From the human T2T-CHM13v2.0 reference genome, Homo sapiens: a DNA stretch of 64,000 bases. Shown here one piece after another: positions 27,840 to 40,261 of the stretch; position 1 is the first letter of the stretch, and the number at the start of each line of letters is the position of its first letter. The stretch is from NCBI RefSeq assembly GCF_009914755.1, contig NC_060928.1. One strand, written 5' to 3'. The notes beneath the pieces are model-generated. The model searched no databases, had not been told where the DNA came from, and saw only the letters and a list, made by a program, of their open reading frames with translations. Position numbers and translations under genes: made by a program.

Positions 27840-29170
27840 ATAGCTCTTTAAAAGTCGAAAAGACAAATCATCTGAGACTGAACTCATATCTCTCTCTTAC
27901 CACATACCCAAATGTGTCCCTCCTTCTATTTCACCTGTCCCAATAAATGACTCTATCATTCACATGGTTATGGTAGCTAGAAACTCTCGAGCCATCATTG
28001 TCACATCATCCTCTTTCAATTAACATGTCCAGTCTGCCACTAAATCCTAATGATTTGACTTTCTATTATCTTCCAATATTCATTTCCCTAATTTTTCATC
28101 CATACTACTACCTATACCACCAATTTAGAAATTTATCTCCACTTAAAAAAAAGATTTCTGTGGATCCACTTTGGTCTTATTCTAATAATACTACACTCTC
28201 ACAGTAGACAAAGCAATATTTTCATAGGTAAATCTAACTGTGTCAGCTTCCTACCTTAAAATTCTCAGTGGCTTCTCATTTTTGTTCATATAATGAAAAA
28301 GGAATCTCTTATGGTACTCTGCAAAGCCCTGCATGGTTTTCTTTTGGTTTCACGTCTAATGCACCCCCACTCCCACCCTCCTTTCTGTCTTTCCTATTTT
28401 TTTTAATATTATTATTTGAGACTGAGTTTCTCTCTATTGCCCAGGCCAGAATGCAGTGGCACGGTCTCGTCTCACTGCAATCTCCACCTCTCAGGATCAA
28501 GGGATTCTCGTGCCTCAGCCTCTCAAGTAGCCGAGGTTACAGGCACCCACCACCATGCCCAGTTAATTTTTGTATTTTTAGTAGAGATGGGGTTTCACCA
28601 CATTGGCCAGGCTGTTCTCGAACTCCTGACCTCAGGTGATCCGCCCTCCTTGGCCTCCCAAAGTGCTGGGATTACAGACATGAGACACCATGCCTGGCCT
28701 CCCACCCTCCTTTCTTTTCTCCAGTGTCACCTGCTTTATTTTATTTCTCATCTGTTCAGCACAGCTTCTTCTACAACAGAAAATATTTTTTTTCCACCTG
28801 ACTGTAAATTTCTTTTTTCTTTCCCTGTCCCTCCTTTTTTGCTATAGTTACAGCATATCAAACCTATAATTCTCCATTCTATCATCTTCTCATGAAAATC
28901 TTGAATAGTAATTCTGACCAAGTTAATTTTTGTTATCTATCCTTTAAAGAACTTACCATAGTTTCAGCTTCACATTTATTTGTATAATTGATTGATCATT
29001 GTCCATCATGCTCATTAAAATGCAATAGGACTAAAGATTGGAAACAAAAAAAAATGCAATAGGAGAGCACAGTCTATGTATCATTTTGGTCATGATTTTG
29101 TCTTTTATTCTGTACAGACTTCCTGGAACATATTAAGTTATCAAATTATGTCAATTGTAAACGACGAGAA
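27840..29170 (+). mobile_element. L2 3' region, interrupted by Alu
   Basis: ctgaactcat...aataaatgactctatcattcac...gctagaaactc...cttaaaattctcagtggcttctcatt. Confidence 0.65.
28387..28699 (-). mobile_element. AluSx/Sz-like
   Basis: Full dimer; perfect 16-bp TSD tcccaccctcctttct at 28371 and 28700. Confidence 0.96.
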
Positions 29171-29399
29171 AGAGGAAGGGAGAATGAAAGAAAGGGACAC
29201 ACCTAAGAACGTGAAGAGTGGGCTGGCAAGGGTGGGGTAGGGTTGTATGGCATTCAGTCCCTGAGGGACCTTAACATACTTACATGCACAGGAACTCGGC
29301 ATATTTTCAGAATCAGAAATCAGAGAACAGGAAAGAAGGGGCAGCATACAGGCTACACTTAGCATAACACGCAAGGATGAAGTCATTCGGGGCTTGATA

Positions 29400-29672
29400 A
29401 TCACTAAAAATAAAGGTATTTAGCAGTGATTGGCTACTACATCATGCTGAAATGTTCCAAACTCTTCACATATACTAATCTATTTAATCATCATCACAAT
29501 CCTGTCTATTATATTTTATTATTATTCCCGTACGCTGATGAGAAAACTGAGGCACAGAGGATATAGTTAGTTATTTAATAGCTTAATTAAGATGCTACAA
29601 CTAGCACAGAAATGAGCCAGAATTTAAAGCAAGTCAGTCTCACTACAAAGTCTGGGTACTTGAATGCTACAC
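29400..29672 (-). mobile_element. MIR, near full length
   Basis: atttaatcatcatcacaatcctg...gatgagaaaactgaggcacagag...gagccagaatttaaa. Confidence 0.8.
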
Positions 29673-29864
29673 CAAAGAATTTGGATGCCACCATAGTATT
29701 ATAGAATAGAACTATAATAGAAGAGCAATAGATCATTTCCTTCACCCAAAAATTTTTGAGTTTTAAAATAAATCCATGTGTCTCACTCAATATCATCGTG
29801 CTGCCTTTCACAAATATGTCAGTGTTTTGTCTGTCAAACCCATTATCTTCTTTTTCTTAAAATT

Positions 29865-30156
29865 TAAACTTTTGTTTTATTGTGATAAAAACACTTAATA
29901 TGACGTGTACCCTCTTAAAAATGTTTAAGTATATGATGCAACATTGTTAACTATAGGGGCAATGTTGTACAACAGATCCCTAGAACTTATTTATCTTTTA
30001 TAATAGAAACTTAATACTCACTGAACGACAAATCTCATTTTTCCTTCCCCATAGCCCTTGAGAACCACCATTCTTTGCTCTGTTTCCAGGACTTTGACTA
30101 TATTAGATACCTTATTTAAGTGGAATCATGAAGCTTTTGTCTTTCTGAGACTGGCT
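29865..30156 (-). mobile_element. L1MA9/10-like 3' end fragment
   Basis: ttgttaactataggggcaatgttgtacaacagatccctagaacttattt...aagtggaatcatg. Confidence 0.8.
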
Positions 30157-31499
30157 AATAGTGGCCATCAGAAAGCAAATCTCTTAACTAAGCTCACTTC
30201 TGCAGAGATTAAGACCTACGCTTCTCAGGAAAAAGTATATGCCCCTCCTCTTCATGCGGGTCTTCTGGAACCCTGCACATTCCAAAGGTGTTTCCCCTTA
30301 AAATTTAGAAGAGTTCATGGTGATGTAGAACAACCTCCAGCAAAAAGCTGGTAATACTGCTTTTTAAAGCTGGCAATTAATAGAAAGGATAGGGGGACGC
30401 TGAATAATTCTGGAGTTTAGGATAATTTTATGCTTTGTTTTCTTTAGCTTCAAGGAAAGTAAAAGCCACACTTGAATGTCATCCATATGTTCCTAAAAAT
30501 GTTTATCTAACATAGTATCATTTCCAAGAAAAGTTCATTCTAAACAGTATAGGCAGGCCTCAACTAAATTTGTTTGTAGCCATTTTTTTTAAACAATCAG
30601 AAAGAGAAAAAAGCTGACAGAGAGTAATTTAGTAAGCCATCAGGGTGGAATGGGAATCGAATTAGAACTAAAACTCACAATGCCTACCCTTCTTCATAAA
30701 CATTCACACACTTACATGGAAGACAAAACACAAAATAAATATGTGCATAGTATTTTAACTTTAAAAAGTATAGGGATATATAGATAAGTTATGCGAAAGA
30801 AGGTAATACATCTAATCTTTGCTGATGCTCAATAACTATAAATAAAAGTATAAATGTGTACATGATGGATGAATGCATAGAAGATATTTTTCTTCTATAT
30901 AAAAATAAACCTCTTTAAAAATATTTGTGTGTAAAATTCAGAACATATTATATGCAAAATAGTTATTAAAATAAAATATGAGGATAATCTCACTAAGATA
31001 AAATGAGTTCTATTTTTATTCAGTTGGTTTATATATTGTAACCAGTGATTTGTCCTAGCTTTCAAGATACAACTTAAAAACACTTAGAACCCTATAAAAC
31101 ATTTTTAAGATAAAAACTATTCAAATTAGAGGATGTTAATTGTTAATCAAATTATTGTTACCTAATTCATTTATTATTTGATTTAAAATTCCCTGAGGAC
31201 AGATGCAGCATTGTATAGATATTATTTAAATCAAACAATAGTAAAAGTTGAACACAAGGTTCACCAAATCTGATGTATTTCAATTAAAAAAAACATAGAA
31301 ATTCAAAAAATGTGTGACGTATGTACATTAAGGAACAAAAAGGAACTATAATGAGGGCAGTAAGCCCTTCTAGAGAATTTTATAAGTTGTTAATAGAAAG
31401 GAGAAAAAAATAAAGTGATTTTTGTATTAGCATACTTGAGAGAACTTTGGAAAAATTTCTATTCCTAAGGCAGTTTTCACAGAGCATCAGATGGTGCCC

Positions 31500-31725
31500 T
31501 TGACAAAGATTAACGTCTTAAATGAGAAAGTTATAGAGCAAGTAGAATAATTCAAGTCCAATAAATCACCAGGACCATATGGTATATATCCAAGATTTCT
31601 GAAGGAAATAGTGTGAACTTTCATAGATACAAGGGGAAAAAAGCATAAAATATAGCCTTAATTGTAGCATGTGCTTTAAAAGATTGGAAGACTACTAATT
31701 TGGTACACAGTATATGAAAGGAAAA
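31500..31725 (+). mobile_element. CR1/L3 LINE ORF2 remnant
   Basis: 31560-31610 translates NKSPGPYGIYPRFLKEI (CR1-type KSPGPDGIHPRVLKEL); DWKTTNLV at 31682 (CR1-type DWKxANV). Confidence 0.75.
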
Positions 31726-32244
31726 TATCTAGAAGAGGATCAAATAAAAAAATTCAATGCTTTCTGCTTGTACATGTGATATTGAGTAATCTTGTACATT
31801 TCTGTACTGTATTCTTCTCACTTTATCTTTCCTGTATTTCTCATTTAATAAAGCTTTTCTGTCATCTCTCTTCCTGATCTTGGCTATTTTCCAACTACAT
31901 ACTACTTAATAAGCCAGTGGTTGACATCCCTGGATATTGAAATTCATTTTCACTTGTCAAGCCAAAAACAGGTTAATTAGTAGTGTTATCACCCTGGGTC
32001 TTTCTCAGAAAATTTGCAGTGTTTCTTTTTCTTTTTTTTCTTTCTCTCTCTCTCTCTCATGGTGGTTGTGTTGTTGTTTTGTTCTGTTTTGTTTTGTTTA
32101 CATGAAAATAAATTGAAATATGCTAATTTTCAAACAGAATTGATATTGTTGTATTTTGTTTTTCAGCCATTAACTCATTCTGTTGGATTCTATGTGTTAA
32201 TCAAGAAATCTGTTATCATTTGAGAGTGTAAAAAATTAAATAAA

Positions 32245-33525
32245 TTTGTTTACTTTTTATTAATGTATCAGATACATACAGAAAAGTGTACTAATAATAA
32301 TTGCTTAAACTCAATGGACTTTTACACATACATGTACTAATATGTGACCTCCGGCTAAATAATCATAAAACACATGTTATCAAGAAGTCTCTTTACCCTC
32401 TGCCAATCATCAGTATATTCTCAAAGGTAATGATTATTCTGAATTCTACTATCTTAAGTTAGTATTCTGTTCTTTGATTTCAAATACATATAATCATATT
32501 GACTATTGTCTGGCTCCTTTCGTTCCAAATAATGTCTGTGGGATTCATCAATGCTATAGTATCTATTAATAGGTTAATCTTATTTTATTTATAGGTAGAA
32601 TTCATTTTATAAAAATATAGTAATTTATCCACTGTCTTATTGACAAAAATTTGAGCTGTTTCCAGTTTTTGTCTCGTGTTAATGAGCAATAAATATTTTG
32701 TATTCATGTCTTTTAGTAAACATATGCACCATTTTTACTTGATTATAAACTTAAGAATAAAATTGTTAGTGATAGGGTAACCATTTAATTAAATTAAGCA
32801 AATAATACCAAACTGTGTTCCAACGTCTTAATATCATTAACACTGAAATAGTAATATATATTTGAGTTCAGTTGTTTCACATGTTAACCAACACTTGGTA
32901 TCATCAGTCTAACTCATTTTTAGTCATTAAGTGAGTAGTGGTATCTCATTGTGGAATTAATTTACATTTTATTGAGGAATAATTATGTTAATACATTTTA
33001 TTAAGTTTATTCACTATTTGATTATGACTCTTTGTAAAAATACATATTAAGTTTTTGCTCAATAAAAAAAATCAAGAGTTTTATCTTTCTCTGATTCCTA
33101 GAAAAACATTACTTATTCTAGATTGGGTAACTTGTTGAATTTATCATCTATTTATCAATTTATTCATTTGTATATAGATGTCATAAATTTTTTTGAAGTT
33201 CAGTGAAGGTTTTTTACATTTCTGCTTTTGGAATCTTGTTTAAAAAATCTTTGCTTGCATTTAGATCATATAAATATTTGTCTATAATTTAATCCAAAAG
33301 TTATATTGTTTTACACTTCACATTTAGGACTATGATTCTTCTCTAAATATTTTTGAGTAAAGGGCTAATGTTTACATTTTTTTCAAACAGAAGTCAATAT
33401 TTTTCTGCAATATTTATTTGAAATACCAATTTACCTCACTGAATTTCATTGACAACTTTGCAGTCAGTCAAACTGAACTGAACTTTCTGTAATGTTCTAT
33501 TATTCTGTTGCTTACCCTGTGCCAT
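32245..33525 (-). mobile_element. L1ME 3' UTR/ORF2 fragment
   Basis: catacagaaaagtgtac...tgtctggctcctttc...gtagtggtatctcattgtg. Confidence 0.75.
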
Positions 33526-33622
33526 AGGAAGAAATTTAAGGTCATAGCTTAGAACCTCCTGAGGGTGCATAAGAACCTTCTAACTACTGTAGTGGCATCA
33601 TCAAAGACTACTCAATAATAAC

Positions 33623-33623
<1 letters not shown>

Positions 33624-33653
<30 letters not shown>
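33624..33653. repeat. (CA)n microsatellite
   Basis: Directly visible. Confidence 0.95.
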
Positions 33654-33658
<5 letters not shown>

Positions 33659-33953
33659 CGTACAATGAGAGAGAGATTGAGAGGAAAGAAAAACTTAAAG
33701 CAGCCATAGAAAAAAATACTTGTCAGTTTTTATCAACCATATGAAGAAAAATAGTAAAGATTTGTTTTCCATAATTCAGCCACAGAGAATTTTTAAAGCA
33801 TGTGTCAGACAATGATAATCTTTTAGTTGAACACTACTGCCGTTTTTCATTGCATTTAGTTGCCCAACAGTTTACCACGACATTTTAACTCCTACATATT
33901 GTGGATTACGACAAAATCTGCAACCTCGCCTTAAGCCACCTTCCTCTGGTTCT

Positions 33954-34356
33954 TGTTTTAATCTGTTTTCTCCTGCTATAACAGAATACCTGAGACTAGG
34001 TAATTTATAAGAAATAGAAATGTATCTCTCACAGTTCAAGAGGCAGAGAAGTTCAAGATTAAGGGACAAGAATCTTGTGAGGACCTTCTTGCTATATTGT
34101 TCCTTGTCAGATGGTACAAGACAGAAGGGCAGAGAAAGGGCAAGACAGAGATAAAAGGAGACCAAACTTGTCCTTCAATAAAAATCTGCTATCTTGGATA
34201 ATGAACCTAATCATAAAATAATGGCATTAATTCATCCACGAAAATAGAGCCCTCACGGCCAAAATGCCTCTTAAAGGTCTTATGTCCTACTACTCTCATA
34301 ATGGCAAATAAATTTCAACATGAGTTTGAGAAGGGAAAAACATACAAACCGTAGCA
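33954..34356 (-). mobile_element. MST (MSTC/D-like) MaLR solo LTR inside an L2
   Basis: TG...CA ends; gctataacagaatacctgagactaggtaatttataa...aaatttcaacatgagttt...aaaccgtagca; TSD gttct/gctct. Confidence 0.85.
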
Positions 34357-37121
34357 GCTCTCAATGGTAAACCACACTAGATTTTTCAAACAAGCTAGTG
34401 TTGTTCTATCTTAGTCTTTGAAATTCCTATTGCATTTGGGATACTAATTCCCTGATTTTTGCTTTGCTAAGTATTTTCTAACATTCTGGTATCATATTAC
34501 ATTTCCAACACTGATACATCATCAATCACCAAATTTAAAATGCCCCACCTCACTTGATCCACCCCAACCAATTTCTATTTTATCCTCCCATTTTATTTTA
34601 TTAAAGCATTTGCCAATCTCTGAGTCTCATTTATGTATTTGCTTTACAATCAATTATGTATTTGTTTATTAATGTCTGCTTGTTTTCTACTATCATGCAT
34701 TTGTTTAAACTTTTTATATAAATTAATTTTATTTAAGTATATTAATATTGGTCACGAGTCATATTTATTGACAATTTATATCTTTCGTCAAGCTCTAAAA
34801 ATATAATGCGGACTGTAACACAGTGAATGATATAGGATTGAACTATTTTAATAAAAAGATAGTTTATTTCATTCTAAAATACACAGAGAGATGAAAAATA
34901 AATCAAACATAGAGGTTTTCTGATAATTTTAGGCTTAGACTGACTATGCAGAAAACTCTTGGAGTCTTCCTACTAGACAACTTGACACTATGTGAAATAA
35001 TAAAGGCAAGTATCAATCCAGAAGGTTTAACTCTTATAAAATGACAGTAAATCATATAATAGCTAAGGACTGTTGAATGTTTACGTGCATGTGTTGGGGG
35101 GGCAGGTGGGTGTTTTATTCCTTTCACATTCTAGGCTCCTTTGGAACAAGCTTTTTTTTTTTTTAGCAATTGCTCAAAAAACATTCTTGAAGTTATAAGT
35201 CAATTGGAATTTTAATCTAAGTGAACAAACTAATTATTTAACATGCTTATTTCCACACACTGTAAGTTCACAAATTGCAAAAAAATAAAAACCTGTGTAA
35301 TTATTTGTCAGTCCTTTATACTCACCCATTTTTGTTCTGTCATAAAATAATCATATACTGATTTTCCATAATCTTTAGGATTGTAAACTTTAGGGATTGT
35401 AACTAGACTCCTTTTAATTCTCACCATCAACATATTCAAATATTCTACTTCTTTCCTAAAGATTTGTGCTAAAATTCTTAAAGGCCCACGTGGCAAAGAA
35501 AAGGCAAAAAACTGTAGAGAAAATAACTTATTATTGGTAAAGATGAACAAGAAAATAATTGCCTTAGTTTTCTTATCTATAAAGATGAAATATTGACCTC
35601 TCTCTCTCCAGTCAATCACAACTCTAACTCTCCATAATTTTATGTATTAAAAATGAATAATATATACTAATGTTCTTCATAATTAGGATGAAATATTACT
35701 CTGCATTAACAGGAACAGTACTGGTGGCTTCAAATCTCCTCTTCTCCTTAGCATGGAGAAGTCTGGTGCTCCTCCAAAAATGGCTGCTACTTGCTGCCTG
35801 GAATACAAATGTCCAGTAGTGAACAAATGTAGATGGTCCCTATACTAAAATTTTGGCAACGGTAGAGTCAGTGACAAAAGGTGCATGTTTTCAGCAACAG
35901 TAGCGGCTTCTCTGGCAACAACAGAAATAAGTCAATTAGGTCCTTAGTGGTTTCTACTCACACAGGGAAACTGAGGAGACTCTGGCAAAAACAGAGGGTA
36001 TTATAGCCAGCCAAGAAGAGAGAAAATCTTACAAGATTGTGCAGGAAGAAACAGAGAAAGATAAGCCATTTGTTTTGGTGTGAAAGAGTTGAAACCAATA
36101 GCGAGGGGAATGAAGCATAAGTGACATCTAAGATGTGTGAAAGGAAGAATTTTATTCTGCCAACATCCAAAATGTGATGAACCGTAACAAACAAGAATAT
36201 CAGCAAGGAACTGTTCTCCAGATGCAATAAGAAAGAAAAGTCAGCTAGGGCTACAATCATTTTAAGACAGAAGGTTTTTATTTTTTCTATCCATTTTCAA
36301 TAACAATTAAGCTTTCTGAGCAACAGCAGTAAGCATTGGAAAACGTTTTTTAAAAAAATGAGAAAGTATCAGTTTATCTTATCAGGTAATAAGCATGCTA
36401 TCAGGAAATTGAAAAGTTTTTGTCTGATCTTTCAAGCTAAGAACTTTGGATAATATAATTTTTGTGTTTTCCTAGCAATGAGTTTTCTTGACTCTCAAAA
36501 TACAGAGTATACTAGTAAGAGTATGAAATGCCTGCATAACACAATTCATTTTGAATTGTGGAAAGAATGTAACTAACTCATTTTGATTCTTTTTTAAATA
36601 TGTTAAACAAAGTCTCCAGTGATCTTAATAAAAAAGAATAAGGTAGCTCCAGGTCACTCAGACAGAAATCTCTAAGTTGAGCTTGTTCCATTAAAACCTA
36701 AAAATCTGCTTTCCTTTCGCAGTTTGGTCAATGTCTCCTTTTAGAGCATGGTGTCCCTTTTGGATATTTTTTGAAGTTTAGAAAATAAATATAAGGAAAG
36801 GAAGAGTTTATCCTTTTCTAAAAATTAAGTATCATAAATAGCTCACACAGGGAATTCCTACAATGCTTAAATATTTATTAATAAATTTGTTTAAAAATTG
36901 TGATTGAAGAAGCTGTCCCTTAAGATAAGTAGTTCTAGAAAAAGTGAAAAATAGAATAATTAAAAATACTACATATATATATATAGAAACCTTGCAGCTA
37001 GGAAAATCTTTGACTCTTTTTTTTAACCTACAGTTAGGCAAACCAAATATTCTTAACCTAGATATTCTGAAAAGTCAAGGATCTCTATGATGAAAGTCAT
37101 CTTTCTCTAAACATGCCCTTC

Positions 37122-37221
37122 AGCTAGTCCGAGTGCAGTGGTGATTACAACTGATTGATCACAACCAGTTACAGATATCTTTGTTCCTTCTTCACTCTCA
37201 CCACTTCATTTGACTAGTCTT
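37122..37221 (+). pseudogene. Y3 RNA (RNY3) processed pseudogene
   Basis: gtccgagtgcagtggtg...ttgatcacaaccagttacagat...tttgttccttct...ttgactag; full length, about 11 substitutions from hY3 as I recall it; A-rich tail follows. Confidence 0.95.
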
Positions 37222-38009
37222 AAAAAATAACTAAATTAGTGAATAAATTTTTTATTCTCTCCAAACATATATCCAATGGGAAATTTTCCCCTTGCTATCA
37301 GTGAGAGGCACTGTAATGTAGAAAAAAAAAACATTAATTTGGACTTATATTCCAGATCTGTTATTATACAAAATAAGTTATAGTTGATCCTGCATTACTT
37401 CATCAGTACAAACAAAAACTAATCCTGTACTTAGGTGATAATAAATTTTTGTAAGGATATGGTATGATGGAAGTCAAAAGTCAGTTATCAAAAATATTTT
37501 TCTGATTCTTTTTTGTATCCCCTAATAAAGTAAAAGCAATAATATTTTTACAAGTCAGAAAATGTATATTAAAATAAAGAACGAGTTACAAAAACTGAAT
37601 TAAGAGGCCATATGAGAGAGCTAAATTAAGTTAGAGATTATCTAGCCTTAAACACGAGTTACAGATGTGATAATTGGCCCTAGAAGAAGGAATCATTTTA
37701 TTAGGCTCATGTTATATAATAATAACAGAAATGGAATTACATCATGGTCTTCCAATGATTCCATCAATTAAAGCTTATTCCACTTGCCTTCTGAATATCC
37801 CATCATTAATATCAGTAACTACTGATTGAACGCATAAAATGTGAAGTCACAGAGCTAAGAACTAGAGATTTGATAATGACTGCAGTGATTTCAGTCCTGC
37901 TGTAAATGAGTTTATACTATCTGGAGTAGGAAATGAAGGAGTAAAAAGGCAATCATTATATAATAAAGTAAGCTTTAAAAATATAAAGAAATTAAAACCA
38001 TGTTACATT

Positions 38010-38114
38010 GTACTCATTTTGGCAGCATATACTAGAATTGGAAAAATACAAAGAAGATTAGTATGGACCATGAACAAAGATGACATGTAACTTTGCGAAC
38101 CATTCCATATTTTT
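38010..38114 (+). pseudogene. U6 snRNA pseudogene (full length, about 80% identity), 5' part of a U6/L1 chimera
   Basis: gtactcattttggcagcatatactagaattggaa...gaagattagtatgg...gatgaca...ttccatattttt; ACAGAGA box reads ACAAAGA and AGC triad reads AGT. Confidence 0.92.
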
Positions 38115-39045
38115 GATAATAAAAACACTCAACAAACTATGAATAAAAGGGAACATCTTCAACCAGGTGAAGGGCATCTACAAAAACCCACACTAACACT
38201 GAATTTAATGGTGATGCTTTCCCGTGAAAATCAGGAATCAGACAAAGACGTTTTCTCTTACAATTTTGATCAACATTTTCCTGAAGAGTCTAGCTTGGGA
38301 AATTATGCAAGAAAAATAAATAAAAGGCATGCAAATTGGAAAGAAAGATATTAAACTATTCTTATTTGTAGACGTCATGATGATGTATATAAGAAAATTT
38401 TAAGCAGCCAATAAAAATACTATAAGGGAGTTCAGCAGGTATCAAGATACAAGATCAATATACAAAAATGAACTGTATTTCTAAATACATGTAATGAAAA
38501 GTCCAAAAATGAAATGAGGAATGCAATTTCATTTACAATAGTATCAAAAAAATAAAATATATAAAAAAAATTTAACAAAAGACGTGCAAAACCTATACTG
38601 TGAACAAAGTATAAAACATTGCCAAAAGAAATTAAGAATCTAAATTATTTTTTAAAATTTTATTTTCATACATTGAAAGATTTAGCATTATTAAGATGGC
38701 AATACTCTTAATTGATATATAGGTTCAATGAAACCTTTATCAGAATCCCTGCTTAGTTACTTGTAGAAATTGACGAGTTGATTCAGAAATTTTATGGAAT
38801 TGCTAGGGACCCAGAATAGACAAAACAATCTTGGAAATTAAAACAAAAACACACCAGAATGATTCATCTTCCTAATTCCAAAACTTACTATGAAACAATG
38901 GTAACCTAGAAACTGTAGTACCAGCACATGGATAGACATGTAAATCAATAGAATAGAAATGAAAGTCCAGAATAAACCTACATATCTATGATTAACTGAT
39001 TTTGAACAAAGGTGTCAAGACTTGCCAATGGAGAAAAATATTCAG
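38115..39045 (+). mobile_element. Old L1M (L1MB-like) ORF2 RT-region segment fused to U6
   Basis: gataataaaaacactcaacaaacta...tttgtagacgtcatga (decayed FADDM)...gatacaagatcaatatacaaaa...ttaagatggcaatact. Confidence 0.85.
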
Positions 39046-39319
39046 AATTTTAATTCTGAATTATAGTTATTATTCAATATTAATATCTAATTATTAATCT
39101 AATAATTACATCCAATAATTATCTAATAATAATATATTATAAACTGAATTATAATTATTATTAAACTTTAAGATGATCTGGAAATTGCACACATCACTTT
39201 TACTTATAAGCCACTGGGACAAACTTCTATGTCCAAAGCTACCTATAAGGCAGATTGAGAAATCTCAATAAACAAACACACAAGTAATACACAAAGGTAC
39301 TGCTACCAAGTGGAAGAAA

Positions 39320-39392
39320 GTGTGTGTGTGTGTGTGTGTCTGTGGGTGTTTGTGTGTGTGTCTGTGTCTGTGTGTTGTGAGAGAGAGAGAGA
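39320..39392. repeat. (TG)n-(GA)n microsatellite
   Basis: Directly visible. Confidence 0.9.
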
Positions 39393-39409
39393 AAGCTAAA
39401 AGGCAATGG

Positions 39410-40010
39410 TTTGTCTCTCCACAACTTCTCTATTAAAAATTTTCACATGATCTTTCATTATAATTGTGATAAAAGTAAAGCTTCTGACCATGGTCTAAAA
39501 ACATTATATCTTCTGACCCCTCATCTGCTGCCACTGTCCTCTTTGCTAATTAAACCAAGCAAACTTTCCTTCTATTCCTTTCTATTTCTATACCAAGCTT
39601 GTTTAAACTTAGGATATTTATATGTTGCCACTTGCTATTCTTTGCATTAGAAAAATGCCTTCTTTCATATTCTGTCATGGTTAGGTCTTTCTCCTTATTC
39701 AATTTTGAGTTCTTTAGGGATGTTTTCCCTTGAACACCCAAACTAAATTATACTAAGTGTATCGTTCTCATGTTCTATCCTCCACCCACATAAAATTAAC
39801 AGCCACTAACTGTAATTAGTGCTTTCAGAAGAATTACAGTGATTCCCCTATGTAATAATCATTATTGCCTTCAACATGCTCTCATTTGTTTGTTTGTTTA
39901 CTTAATATCTGTTTTTGCCCACAAAAGTAATCTCAGTGAGAATAATCTTTGCATTTTTCAATCATCTTGATGTCAAACAAGCAATAAGTAATTATGTGTA
40001 GAATGTGTGA
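39410..40010 (+). mobile_element. L2 3' region
   Basis: gataaaagtaaagcttctgaccatggtct...atcttctgacccct...ttgctattctttgcattagaa. Confidence 0.55.
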
Positions 40011-40261
40011 TAAAACTAGTAATTAATGTGAAGGTAGAGGTAGTACATGAAACCAAAGATACATAGAAAAGGAATACTTTATCTTGGGTTGGGAGAGGAA
40101 GGACAAGTTTCCTGGAAAAACATCCTTAATTATGATTTTAAATGGAGCCAACTGAAGCAAAGGTAAAAGAAACAATTCCAAAGGCGTAAAGGTTAAAAGA
40201 AAGAGGAAATATAATTTATTGAAGAATCTTCTTAAAGAAGTGTCCTAGGGCTGGGTTATTA

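Noticed and set aside
38010-38114. Functional U6 gene
   Set aside because: ACAGAGA box and AGC triad are mutated, about 20% diverged, and fused to L1
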